Shown one piece after another: positions 1 through 9,354 of a DNA stretch of 64,000 bases. Positions within the stretch are counted from its first letter, which is position 1. Each line of letters begins with the position of its first letter. The notes below the pieces were generated by a model, which searched no databases, had not been told where the DNA came from, and saw nothing but the letters and a program-made list of their open reading frames with translations. Source of the stretch: Firmicutes bacterium UBA6811 (lineage in GTDB: Bacteria; Bacillota; SHA-98; UBA4971); contig DKEX01000092.1 in NCBI GenBank assembly GCA_002452295.1, positions 37 to 64,036 of the forward strand, read 5' to 3'. Made by a program: the position numbers and the translations under genes.

Positions 1-98
1 ACCCGGCAACTACTGGAAGAGGGGCGCGAACTAACGCACCCTCACTTAGCTGGCACCCCGGGCAACGTTGACTCAACAGGGAGGACAGGCACGAAGAA

Positions 99-130
99 GA
101 TGCCCCGGCTCATCGAGGAGCCGGGGCATC
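99..130 (-). terminator. Stem-loop downstream of CDS 187..1056 (putative intrinsic terminator)
   Basis: Perfect 13-bp inverted repeat GATGCCCCGGCTC / GAGCCGGGGCATC with a 6-nt loop. On the minus strand it is followed by TTCTTCGT. It lies ~55 nt past the stop of the minus-strand CDS. Confidence 0.5.
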
Positions 131-186
131 CCGGGCACCTGGGATATCCAGGGCGCGGGGCCGGATCGCATGTCGCCTCTATTCCT

Positions 187-1056
187 CTACCTCCCGCCCC
201 CGCCGCCGCGGCCGTTGCCCTGGGGCCGGCCCTGGCCGCTGGGATCCCCTGCTCCGTCGCCGCTTGCGCCATCGCCGGAGCCCTTGCCCTTGCCCGGGTC
301 TTCAGGCTTGCCCTTTTCCTTGTGGGCCTCCTTGTGGGTCCTGACCTGCGCCTTGATCTCTTCCTTCAGGGCGTTCCTGAACTCGACGCGATTGCGTACG
401 GCCACGCCCTTCTCGAGGATGCCGTCCCTGCCGACCCCGACAGCCTCGGCGATGCGAAGCCAGGTCTGCTCCTTCACGCGAAGCTCGAGCGCGAGCCTCA
501 CCCGCGCTGCCTCCCCGGCGCCAGCCGCGAGGCTCACAGCGCAGAGGATGTCCTGCGCGTCAAGGCCCATGGCGGCGACCGCCCGCACATCGTCGTCCTC
601 GAGGCCGAACCTATCCCGGGCCATGTCCATGGCCGCGGCGTCGTCAAGCTCCTTCCGCCCGTGCCTCGCCCTCACCCTGGCGCCGCCCCTTCCGATGATC
701 TCGCGCACGTACTGGCCGAACGCCCTCGTTGGGACCCCGAGCTGCTTTGCGATCTCGCCCCAGCCTGCGCCGTCTGTGGCAAGCACCAGCACGCCATCGA
801 GGGTCTGGCCGGAGTTCACGGCTATGCTGCACGCGATCACGATCTCGCCCCAGCCGTAACCTGCGTCTCTCAGCGCCTGGACCTGCTCAGCCGTCATGGC
901 GAGCTCCGGAAAGCCGGCGATGATGTTGGCTATGAACGAACTGGTCGCAATACACTCGTCCTCAGGGTTCGCAGGGTTGACTGCGTACACCGTCCCGCCC
1001 AGCAGAAGAGCAGCCACTACAAGCGCCACAACGGTTCTCCTTGCAAGCGTCATCAT
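187..1056 (-). CDS. Hypothetical exported protein with two internal helical repeats and a Gly-rich tail
   Basis: 289-aa ORF. N-terminal signal/anchor RRTVVALVVAALLLGGTVYA. Two related segments carry GWGEI motifs (AGYGWGEIVIA, GAGWGEIAKQLGV). C-terminus is Lys/Glu-rich and then Gly-rich. Family not recognised. Confidence 0.6.
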   Translation of the reverse strand: MMTLARRTVVALVVAALLLGGTVYAVNPANPEDECIATSSFIANIIAGFPELAMTAEQVQALRDAGYGWGEIVIACSIAVNSGQTLDGVLVLATDGAGWGEIAKQLGVPTRAFGQYVREIIGRGGARVRARHGRKELDDAAAMDMARDRFGLEDDDVRAVAAMGLDAQDILCAVSLAAGAGEAARVRLALELRVKEQTWLRIAEAVGVGRDGILEKGVAVRNRVEFRNALKEEIKAQVRTHKEAHKEKGKPEDPGKGKGSGDGASGDGAGDPSGQGRPQGNGRGGGGGR

Positions 1057-1156
1057 GATCCCTCCCCGTGGTTTGTGTGGATCTCCTTCTGTCTTACATG
1101 TTAAACGCCGGCACGGGCTGGCGGCGTGACGGTGATCACATATGCAAAAAACGCCA

Positions 1157-2785
1157 TCAGGCGAGGGTCTCGATCTCCCTGATCACGTCCCCCGCAAGCC
1201 GCGACTGCTCCTCCGCCGATCTGGCCTGGGCCGCGATGCCATCCACAAGCACCTCACTGGCTCCTATGGCCTCCTGGGCGCTCTCGGCAAGCTCCTGCAT
1301 CTCGCCGGCCAGCTCCCCTGCCTGCCCCGCCACCTGCCGCGCCGACTCGAGGATCTCGCCCATGGCCTCCTGCACCAGCCTGGCTTCGCCTGCGCCCTTG
1401 CCCGCCGCGTCCTTCACCTCGTCCATGAGGCCGAGGATTTCGTCGAAGGACCCCTGTATCGCCCGGAAGACCTCCTCAACCCGGGAGGACTGCCGCGAAA
1501 GGCCGCGCACGCGCTCGACCGACGCGCCCAGCGACCTCACCACGTCGAGGGTGGACGCCTTGATCCCTTCCACTAGCTTCTTGACCTCTTCCACAGCGCT
1601 CACGCTCATCTCGGCGAGGCTACCGACCTCCTGGGCCACCCTGCCGAACTCGCGGCCCCCCTCCCCCGACCGCGCCGACGCTATTCGAGCGTCGAGGGCG
1701 ATAAGACCGGTCTGGTCCGCGATGTTCGTGATCCCCTGCAGCACCACGTCGATTCGATCCATCTGCTCCTGCAGCGCGTCAACGTGACAGCTCGCCTCGG
1801 TGGCCGTCCTCACGTTGCCGTCCACCATGAGGATGGTCTCGCGAATCACGGCGCTCGCCAGGGTGAGCCTGCGGCCCAGCGACGATACGGTGGACCTCGT
1901 CCTATCGGCAGCCCTCGCGGTGACCTGCGTGCGGTCAGCGAGCATCCGGGCAGCGTCGGCCCCGGTCTCCATCTGGGAGGCTATCCTCTGGGACGCCTCG
2001 CTCGACACCTTGCTCGTCTCGACGACGCCGTGGAATGCCCGAAGCACCGCCCTGAGGGCGGCCTGGGTCCTGCCGGCGGACGCCCTCATGCCAGAGGACA
2101 GGCGTGCCGACCTCTCGCTCTCGCCGTGGGCTGCCTCGGCGGCCTTGCGGATCCCTCGCGAGACATCGACAAGGGTCCTTGTGATGACCCCCGACACGAG
2201 AAGGCCGAATATGAAGGCGAACGCGAACGCAAGCGCCACCCCCGCCTTCAACACCGTCGAGAGACGCTCGGTGCGCGCCATCCGTGGGCCTATCTGCTCC
2301 CATATCCTGAGCTGCACGTGCTCCGAGCGGCTGATGAGCCACTCGCCCTTCCCAGAAAGCGCCCTCAGGAGCAGGTACATCCGGTTCGGGTCCTTCTCGG
2401 CCTGCATGCCCACGAGCACGCTCGTGTATTCGCCCGCCGCGTCGCTGATGTCGTCGAGCATGGGGAGGATCTTGCGCACATTCCGGTCAGGATGGCGCCG
2501 GAGCAGCTCTTCGAGGCTTCCGAGCAGCATCTTCACCTCGTTGAGCTGGTCCTCGGGCCGCAGGACTTCGCCGCCACCTGCGATGGTGAGATACACGTTT
2601 CCGGTGGTCTGGTATATCTTCTTGGAGATCTCGCCGCTGAGCTGGATGGCGGGAACGTCGCACGTGTTGATCTGGTGGAGGGCCGCGGTGAGGTTGGAGA
2701 TCGCGTATAGCGTAAGAAGGCTCAGGACAAGCGTGGACCAGACGATGGCTGCAAAGCCCAGCCGCACCCTTTCCGTCACGCGCAT
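1157..2785 (-). CDS. Methyl-accepting chemotaxis protein (4-helix-bundle type sensor, divergent signalling tip)
   Basis: Two TM segments flank a ~150-aa extracytoplasmic domain. The C-terminal coiled coil carries an MCP-like tip, ITNIADQTGLIALDARIASARSGEGGREFGRVAQEVGSLAE. Start set at the ATG at 2785, preceded by GAGGA 9 nt upstream; the ORF extends to 2812. Confidence 0.85.
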   Translation of the reverse strand: MRVTERVRLGFAAIVWSTLVLSLLTLYAISNLTAALHQINTCDVPAIQLSGEISKKIYQTTGNVYLTIAGGGEVLRPEDQLNEVKMLLGSLEELLRRHPDRNVRKILPMLDDISDAAGEYTSVLVGMQAEKDPNRMYLLLRALSGKGEWLISRSEHVQLRIWEQIGPRMARTERLSTVLKAGVALAFAFAFIFGLLVSGVITRTLVDVSRGIRKAAEAAHGESERSARLSSGMRASAGRTQAALRAVLRAFHGVVETSKVSSEASQRIASQMETGADAARMLADRTQVTARAADRTRSTVSSLGRRLTLASAVIRETILMVDGNVRTATEASCHVDALQEQMDRIDVVLQGITNIADQTGLIALDARIASARSGEGGREFGRVAQEVGSLAEMSVSAVEEVKKLVEGIKASTLDVVRSLGASVERVRGLSRQSSRVEEVFRAIQGSFDEILGLMDEVKDAAGKGAGEARLVQEAMGEILESARQVAGQAGELAGEMQELAESAQEAIGASEVLVDGIAAQARSAEEQSRLAGDVIREIETLA

Positions 2786-2974
2786 GCCCGGTTTTCCTCG
2801 ACGAGCACCCACTTAAGAACCCCCCGTAGCCCGGCCTGGCCGCGGTCAGGCCACCAGGCGCCCCTCCCTGACTTGGGCCTCTGCCAACAGCCCCGCCCCA
2901 CGCCCTGGGCCTCGCTGCGGAGCTACCCTTTGAGGCGGCCTCGCAAGGCCGCTGCCCGCATCTGCGTCGCGCGC

Positions 2975-4387
2975 CTACGGCAGGCGGCGTATCCTTTCCA
3001 CAGCCGCATCCAGTGCGTCCTGCGGAGTCATGGTCCCCTCGAGCGCGGCGTGGATGAACCTCTGCATGATCGCGGAGATCTCCTGGTATCTCACGAGCTT
3101 GGGCCGGTGATGGAGCCACCGCATCTGCTTCAGCTTGATGTCGAGCGACGGGTCCTTGGCCCGGGCCTCCGGGCTGAGCTGGAGGGACGTCCACACCGGC
3201 ACCTCTTGCAGGAACCGGCCCTGGACGGCGGGGCTGGTCATGAACTCCACGTACGTCCAAGCCTCCTGCTTGTGGGAGGAATTGGCCATTACCGCAAGGC
3301 CCTGAAACCCGCTGACCGATGAGGAGACCTGCCCCGTGCTCTCCCGCACCGCCCGCGCCACGGGCAAAAGCCCCATCCTGGCGTGGCCTGCAACGCGCGA
3401 TGCGGTGGGGTCGCTCATGAGGGCGCCGAGGAACGTCCAGTTGGGTGCGAACGCCGCCTTCCCCGCGATGAAGACGTCCTTGACCACAAGCTCGTCGGCG
3501 GTGAGCGCGAGCGGATTTATGAGGCCCTCCCGCACCCACCTCGCCATCGTGTCGAGCGCGAGCGCCCCCGGTCCCCGGTTGAAGATGGGCTGGCCCCCCG
3601 GGTCGAAGATGTCGCCGCCGAACGCCCCGACAAGCCATACGTACTCGCAGACGAGGCCCTCCTTCTGGTTCCACGAGGCGATCATGGGGTAGTCGATCAT
3701 CCCCTTGCGCTTCATCTCGCGCATCTGGGCCTCCATCTCCTCGACGGTCGCCGGCGGCGCGCCGAAGCCCGCGCGCCTCAGCATGTCCTCGTTGTAGAAG
3801 AGGAAATGGAGATTCGCCAGGAACGGCATGGCCCAGACCCGCCCGCCGTACTCGAAGGCGTTCAGGATGACCGGGGAGACGTCGTGCCTCGCCTTTTCGG
3901 CGAGGCTCCGGTCGAGCGGAACCACGTAGCCCTTCTCCGCGAACTCGGCGACCCAGATGAGGTCGGCCAGCACCACGTCGTAGGTTGCCACAGGGGACGT
4001 GGCGGAGGTGACGATCTTCTGATACTCTTCGTCGTAGCGGACTATGTTGAGCGCGACATCGATCCCCGACTCCCTCGTGAATTCGCGCGTCATCTCCTCG
4101 AACTGCTCGGGCTGGTAGCCTGCCTGGGCCATGTAGATCACGTTCAACCCGGCCTGGGGACCGGCCGCGGCGCACCGCAAGGTGCCGGCCCCGATGGCGA
4201 GAGGCCCGGCGGCCGCGACGGCCAGGACGAGCATCAGGACACGGACGAGGCCTGCCGCGCGGCCCGGAATGCCTGTGCGGGCATAACAGATCCTGACTGA
4301 ACGGCCGGAACGGCCAGGATGGCACAGGCGGGCTGGACGGCCTGGACGGTTCGGATGGCCCGGATGGTCTGGATGCGGGACCGACAC
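2975..4387 (-). CDS. ABC transporter extracellular solute-binding protein (carbohydrate family 1), paralog 1
   Basis: Roughly half the positions match the binding protein at 8101..9354 by eye (LNVIYMAQAGYQP, KIVTSA.SPVATYDV, WAMPFLAN, SWNQKEGLVCEYVWL.GAFGGD). Start is uncertain: GTG 4387 follows the purine-rich GGAGGGAGAGGGGAGGGG, and alternatives are GTG 4417 or ATG 4234. Confidence 0.85.
   Translation of the reverse strand: MSVPHPDHPGHPNRPGRPARLCHPGRSGRSVRICYARTGIPGRAAGLVRVLMLVLAVAAAGPLAIGAGTLRCAAAGPQAGLNVIYMAQAGYQPEQFEEMTREFTRESGIDVALNIVRYDEEYQKIVTSATSPVATYDVVLADLIWVAEFAEKGYVVPLDRSLAEKARHDVSPVILNAFEYGGRVWAMPFLANLHFLFYNEDMLRRAGFGAPPATVEEMEAQMREMKRKGMIDYPMIASWNQKEGLVCEYVWLVGAFGGDIFDPGGQPIFNRGPGALALDTMARWVREGLINPLALTADELVVKDVFIAGKAAFAPNWTFLGALMSDPTASRVAGHARMGLLPVARAVRESTGQVSSSVSGFQGLAVMANSSHKQEAWTYVEFMTSPAVQGRFLQEVPVWTSLQLSPEARAKDPSLDIKLKQMRWLHHRPKLVRYQEISAIMQRFIHAALEGTMTPQDALDAAVERIRRLP
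4333..4377. repeat. Five tandem imperfect 9-bp repeats (CTGGACGGC CTGGACGGT TCGGATGGC CCGGATGGT CTGGATGCG)
   Basis: Read directly from the sequence. It lies between the ROK stop (4433) and the hydrophobic signal segment of the binding protein. If translated it encodes HPDHPGHPNRPGRPA. Confidence 0.8.
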
Positions 4388-4432
4388 CGACGCCCCTCCC
4401 CTCTCCCTCCACCTCACTCGCTGGACGCGTCC

Positions 4433-5776
4433 TCAGGCGTACGCGCTTATGCTCGGCGACTCGAACACCCTCGTGAGCGCGAGGCTCGCCGCGCCGATCA
4501 CGCAGGCGTCATGCCCCAGCGCCGAGACGACGATGCCGAGGTCCTTACCAAGCACCGGCCACGCGCGGCGCCTGGCGGTCTCCCTGGCGCTTGCGAAGAA
4601 AAGGTTGCTCCTGAGGGCGAGCTGCCCCCCGAGGACGATGAGCTCGGGGTTGAAGCAGTTCACGAGGTTGGCAAGGCCGATGCCGACATACCTGCCGCTC
4701 TCTTCGACTATCGCCCGGGCGTGAGGGTCCCCCGCAGCCGCGGCCTCGAGCACGGTGTCCATGGTGACGGCCTCGATGTCTCCGCCCGCAAGCTCGCTGC
4801 AGAGCGTCTTCGCGCCTCGCTTGATATCGCTTATCATCTTGCGAGCGATGGCGGTGCCCGAGGCCATGACGTCGAGGCACCCGAAGTTGCCGCACTTGCA
4901 CTGTGGGCCGTCGACGTCCACGGTCATGTGGCCGATCTCGCCGGCCCCGTCGTTCCGGCCGCGATAAAGCCGGTCGTCTATGACGATCCCGCCGCCGAGG
5001 CCGTAATCGGCCATCACGTAAAGGAAGCTGGAGTATCCCTTTGCCGCGCCGAACCACTTCTCTCCCCAGGCTGCGGCGTTCGCATCGTTGTCCACCATCA
5101 CCTCGTAGTCGATCTCGCTCTCCAGCGCTGTCTTGAGGGAGAACCCGCCCCACCCGGGCATGTGTGGCGAGGCCTGGATGGTGCCTGTGGCGGTGTCCAC
5201 AGGCCCAGGGTACACAACCCCGACGCCCAGCACCTTCTCCGGGGGGACCTGGCCGGCCCCGATGATCTCGCGAATGGCGGAGGCAATCGCAGGAAGGTTC
5301 CTGCGGGGACCTTCCTGTGATACGAGGGGACCCTCGACCCTGGCCAGCACCCGGGCATCGAGGTCTGTAAGGCACACGCGCACCCGGCCCACCTCTATCG
5401 ATGCGCCGCATGCCGCGTACACCCCACGGTTCAGCTCGAGCATCACAGGCTGCCTGCCGCCGGTCGAGTCTCCAAGCCCTACCTCGCGGACGAACCCCTC
5501 GGCGATGAGGTCGTTCACGATGGATGACACCGTGGCCGGGTAGAGCTGGCTCATCCTCGCCGCATCAGCGCGCGAGATCGGTCCGTGCTGCCTCACGATG
5601 TTCAGCACGATGTTCCGGTTGATGCTCTTCACGAGCTTCTGGTTGCCCTTTCGTATCGCCGCGGGTCTTAAGCGCGATAGCCCTCCCAACGCCTTACGCT
5701 CCCTTCCGGGCGCTGCAGCCGGACCAGGCCTCCTCCCGGGTCGGACCGGCCGCGAGAACACGTTCGCACGATACAT
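4433..5776 (-). CDS. ROK-family transcriptional regulator (NagC/XylR type)
   Basis: N-terminal wHTH LVKSINRNIVLNIVRQHGPISRADAARMSQLYPATVSSIVNDLIAEGFV. This is followed by a ROK sugar-kinase-like fold with a CKCGNFGCLD zinc motif. Confidence 0.85.
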   Translation of the reverse strand: MYRANVFSRPVRPGRRPGPAAAPGRERKALGGLSRLRPAAIRKGNQKLVKSINRNIVLNIVRQHGPISRADAARMSQLYPATVSSIVNDLIAEGFVREVGLGDSTGGRQPVMLELNRGVYAACGASIEVGRVRVCLTDLDARVLARVEGPLVSQEGPRRNLPAIASAIREIIGAGQVPPEKVLGVGVVYPGPVDTATGTIQASPHMPGWGGFSLKTALESEIDYEVMVDNDANAAAWGEKWFGAAKGYSSFLYVMADYGLGGGIVIDDRLYRGRNDGAGEIGHMTVDVDGPQCKCGNFGCLDVMASGTAIARKMISDIKRGAKTLCSELAGGDIEAVTMDTVLEAAAAGDPHARAIVEESGRYVGIGLANLVNCFNPELIVLGGQLALRSNLFFASARETARRRAWPVLGKDLGIVVSALGHDACVIGAASLALTRVFESPSISAYA

Positions 5777-5901
5777 TCTCCACGCAATACCAGAAGTCCT
5801 TCAAGAGGACGTGCCGGGCCGGACACAGCACAGACCAACACAACATGGCATGGCATGGCGCAGCGTGACGCAACGCGGCGCGAATGCGAGCGCGAGCAGC
5901 G

Positions 5902-6840
5902 TCAGCCTTTCACGCTTCCCGACGTGAGGCCCTGAACGATGAACCTCTGGAAGAGGAGCGCCAGCACCACCGGCGGGATCGCTGCCATGACCCCGGCCGC
6001 TGATATCTGGTCGTAGGCCGTTATGTACTGGCTTCCCAGCTCGGCGATGAAGAGCGGCAGCGTGATGGCGTTGTTGGACCTTGTGAAGATGAGGGCCAGA
6101 AGAAACTCGTCCCATGCCAGCAGGAATGACAGGATGCCGGTGGCCACGAGCCCGGGCGCGCACAGCGGGAGCACAACGTGCCGGAGCGCCTGCAGCCTGG
6201 TGCACCCGTCGATGCGGGCAGCCTCCTCGAGATCCGCCGGGATGGTGAGAAAGAACCCTCTCATTATCCAGATCACGAACCCCAGAATGAAGGTGGTGTA
6301 GAGGATCACGAGGTTGAGCTTGGTGTCGAAGAGGTGGAATGACGACCCGATGTTCATGAACCCGTAGTCAATGTAAGACACGATCACGAAGAAGGGTATC
6401 ACGAGAGCGATGGTGGGGAGCATCCTGATGGACATGAGGGACAGCACCAGCGTCTTCTTCCCCCTCACAGGGAGGCGCGCCAGGGCGTACGCCGCGAGCG
6501 TGCCGGCCACAAGGCAGATGATAGTCACGGAGCTTGCCACGATCATGCTGTTGCGGATGGCGTACACGAAGCGCTCGCCTGTCTCGCGCGACAGGTCAAA
6601 CATCGCACGGAAGTTGGCGAAGGTGGGGTGGCGCGGAAGCCAGTGGGTGGCCCTATCGGATATGAGCTCGCTGTACGGCGTGATGCTCGAGATGGCAAGC
6701 CACGCAACGGGCGCGAGCGTCCACACCACGATGGCCGCGACAGCGACGTAAAGGGCGGCGCGCTTTAGCCGGAGCGCTGTTTTGCCTTTCGTTCGCGTCC
6801 TCATCTGCAAAGCGTTCATGTCTCTCCCCCCGAGGTTCAC
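5902..6840 (-). CDS. Carbohydrate ABC transporter permease (MalG-like)
   Basis: Multi-TM protein with the EAA loop EEAARIDGCTRLQALRHVVLPLCAPG. Confidence 0.9.
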   Translation of the reverse strand: MNLGGRDMNALQMRTRTKGKTALRLKRAALYVAVAAIVVWTLAPVAWLAISSITPYSELISDRATHWLPRHPTFANFRAMFDLSRETGERFVYAIRNSMIVASSVTIICLVAGTLAAYALARLPVRGKKTLVLSLMSIRMLPTIALVIPFFVIVSYIDYGFMNIGSSFHLFDTKLNLVILYTTFILGFVIWIMRGFFLTIPADLEEAARIDGCTRLQALRHVVLPLCAPGLVATGILSFLLAWDEFLLALIFTRSNNAITLPLFIAELGSQYITAYDQISAAGVMAAIPPVVLALLFQRFIVQGLTSGSVKG

Positions 6841-6947
6841 CAGGGTCTGCCATGCCGTCCCCTGCCCGACCCGGGGTCACCGGCTCCACGCGCACAAGAT
6901 CCGGCCAGATCGGGCCGGGCCCGGGGGCCGGGGGCCCCCACCTCTTC

Positions 6948-7898
6948 TCAGTATCCTTCGTCAGTATAGAACAAACGGATGTATATGAGCGCAAGCCCGA
7001 GTATGAGCAGCGCCACGAGGAACGACAACGCTGCACCGCTGCCGAAGTGCAGGAACTTCATCCCCACCTCGTAGGTCAGCACACCCAGCACCCTGATGGA
7101 GTACTGCATGATGATGTAGATGATGTCGAACACCCGGAAAAGCTCCATCGTCCGGAGCACCAGCACCACCAGGAGCACCGGCTTGAGCAGCGGCAACGTA
7201 ACGTGCCTGAGCTTCCGCCAGAAGCCCGCGCCGTCCACTGTGGCCGCCTCGTAGAGGCTATCAGGGATGGTCTGAAGGCCTGCCAGCACCAGCAGCACCA
7301 CGAGGGGCGTCACCTTCCACGTATCAGCGAGGATGATCATATTCAGCGCCTGCGTGACGCCCATCCATTTCAGGAACGGCCCCAGCACAGGGGCACCGGC
7401 CAGCGGCACGTCGAACCCCAGCCACACGCGGTCGTACGTCGGAGGAAACACGTGCAGCACTTTCATGAGCCCGTTCAGCGCGCCGAACTCGGAGCCTGCG
7501 AATATCCACTCCCACATGCGGGCGTTTACCACGGTGGGCACGGCCCACGGGAGGAGGATGATGGCGCGCACGAAGGACCTGCCCGCAAACTTCTCATTGA
7601 GCACCAGCGCGATGGCGATCCCGAGCACGAGCTCTATGGCGAGTGAAACGACGGTGAAGTATACGGTTACGCGCACGGCAGGCCAGAAGAGGTCGGACCT
7701 GGCGAAATGGTGCACGTAGTTGGCGATCCCGACAAACCGCATGTTTATGCCGCCCACCGTCGGCTCGGCCTCCTGGAAGCTCAAGAAGAACGCGAAGAGG
7801 AGCGGAGCGAGGACTACGGTTGCTATCAAGATCACGCTGGGCGCGAGAAGCCACCGCGCGAGCTTCCGTCCATTGGGATCAGGCCTTCGCAGGAACAT
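6948..7898 (-). CDS. Carbohydrate ABC transporter permease (MalF-like)
   Basis: Multi-TM protein with the EAA loop YEAATVDGAGFWRKLRHVTLPLLKP. Confidence 0.9.
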   Translation of the reverse strand: MFLRRPDPNGRKLARWLLAPSVILIATVVLAPLLFAFFLSFQEAEPTVGGINMRFVGIANYVHHFARSDLFWPAVRVTVYFTVVSLAIELVLGIAIALVLNEKFAGRSFVRAIILLPWAVPTVVNARMWEWIFAGSEFGALNGLMKVLHVFPPTYDRVWLGFDVPLAGAPVLGPFLKWMGVTQALNMIILADTWKVTPLVVLLVLAGLQTIPDSLYEAATVDGAGFWRKLRHVTLPLLKPVLLVVLVLRTMELFRVFDIIYIIMQYSIRVLGVLTYEVGMKFLHFGSGAALSFLVALLILGLALIYIRLFYTDEGY

Positions 7899-8042
7899 GG
7901 CGAGGCTACCTCCATAGATACGGTTCGGAACTCGGGATGTAGCTCCCGGTCAGGCGCACCCACGACGGCGCCACGACAACAACCCGCGTGATGGCGCCGC
8001 TCTGCCGACGCCACGGGGAAAGGATCCAGGAAAGACGCCCGG

Positions 8043-8080
8043 GCGAGGGCCGCGATAGCAGCAGGCGATGCGGCCCTCGC
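8043..8080 (-). terminator. Intercistronic stem-loop after the first binding-protein gene (partial terminator or mRNA stabiliser)
   Basis: Perfect 11-bp inverted repeat GCGAGGGCCGC / GCGGCCCTCGC with a 16-nt loop, ~20 nt downstream of the stop at 8101. There is no clear U-tract. Confidence 0.4.
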
Positions 8081-8100
8081 GCCAGGGTGCACCTCGGCTG

Positions 8101-9354
8101 CTACTTCGCCAGCACCGCCTTGATCTCCTCGGCCGCCTTGTCCAGGGCCGCCCTGGGCTCCATCTTCATCTGGAGCGCAAGGTGGATGTACCTCTGGAGG
8201 ATGGACGACACCTCGGGGTACGGCGGCACCTTCGGCCTGTGGTGCACGGCGGCGATCTGCTCACCCTTCACCGCCATCGTCTTATCCATCATGTTGGCGT
8301 ACGCGCTCTTCTGGACGGATGTCCACACGGGCATCTCCTGCAGATAGGACCTCTGCACCAGCGGGCTCGTTATGAACTTCACGTACTTCCAGGCGAGATC
8401 CTTCTTACGGGAGTTGGCCATGATCGCCGCGCCCTGGAAGCCGCTGACCGAGGTCGTCTTCGCCTTGTCGATCACGCTCTTGGAGACCGGGATGAGCCCC
8501 ATCTGGCCGGCGCCGACCACTTTCGACACCGCCGGGTCGTTCATGAGGGCGTACTGGAAGGTCCAGTTCGTGGTGAACGCGGCGTTGCCCGAGATGAAGT
8601 CGTCCTTCGCCGCGGTCTCGTCGTTGGTGAGGCACTTCGGGTTGGCGAGGCCCTCCTTGAGGAGGCTCACCATGAACTCGAGAGCCTTGACCCCGGGACC
8701 CTCGTTGAAGATAGGCTTGCCGCTCGGATCGAACGTGTCACCGCCGAACGCCCCGGTGAGCCACACATACTCGCACACGAGGCCCTCCTTCTGGTTCCAC
8801 GAGTCGGTCCAGGGGTACTTGACGACGTTCCTGGCCTTCATGGCCTTCATCTGCTCGACCATTTCCTCGAGGGTTTTCGGCGGGCCGTCGAAGCCTGCTT
8901 TCTTGATCATATCGGCGTTGTAGAAGAACAACTGGAAGTTGGCGAGGAACGGCATGGCCCACGTCTTGCCGTCGAACACGAAGGCGTCCATGATGGCCGG
9001 GGCTATGTCCTTCCGCATCTCGGGAGTGATCTTGTCGTCGAGGGATGCGACCATCTTCTTCGAGGCGAACTCGCCGGTCCAGATGAGGTCGAGGAGTATC
9101 ACGTCGTACGTGGCTACCGGCGCCACCGCCGAGGTCACGATCTTCTCGTGCTGCTCGTCGTACTTGACGAAAGTGATGTTTACCTTGGTGTCCGTCAGGA
9201 ACTCGAAGAGGTCGGCCATGTCGCGGATGTCGTCCGGCTGGTAACCCGCCTGTGCCATGTAGATGACATTGAGCGTCTCCTTCGCCGACGCCCCGAGCCC
9301 GCAGGCGGCAATGAGCACTGCAATGCACAGCGCGATCAGGATACCCTTACGCAC
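8101..9354 (-). CDS. ABC transporter solute-binding lipoprotein (carbohydrate family 1), paralog 2
   Basis: Lipoprotein signal MRKGILIALCIAVLIAAC. GTG start preceded by AAAGGAGG at 8 nt. Family motifs are shared with 2975..4387. Confidence 0.9.
   Translation of the reverse strand: MRKGILIALCIAVLIAACGLGASAKETLNVIYMAQAGYQPDDIRDMADLFEFLTDTKVNITFVKYDEQHEKIVTSAVAPVATYDVILLDLIWTGEFASKKMVASLDDKITPEMRKDIAPAIMDAFVFDGKTWAMPFLANFQLFFYNADMIKKAGFDGPPKTLEEMVEQMKAMKARNVVKYPWTDSWNQKEGLVCEYVWLTGAFGGDTFDPSGKPIFNEGPGVKALEFMVSLLKEGLANPKCLTNDETAAKDDFISGNAAFTTNWTFQYALMNDPAVSKVVGAGQMGLIPVSKSVIDKAKTTSVSGFQGAAIMANSRKKDLAWKYVKFITSPLVQRSYLQEMPVWTSVQKSAYANMMDKTMAVKGEQIAAVHHRPKVPPYPEVSSILQRYIHLALQMKMEPRAALDKAAEEIKAVLAK

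Noticed and set aside
2487-4412. 641-aa ORF on the minus strand overlapping the binding-protein and MCP genes in another frame
   Set aside because: The composition is extremely Arg/Gly/Pro/Ala-rich with no motifs. It overlaps two well-supported genes, which is the typical long spurious frame of a high-GC genome.
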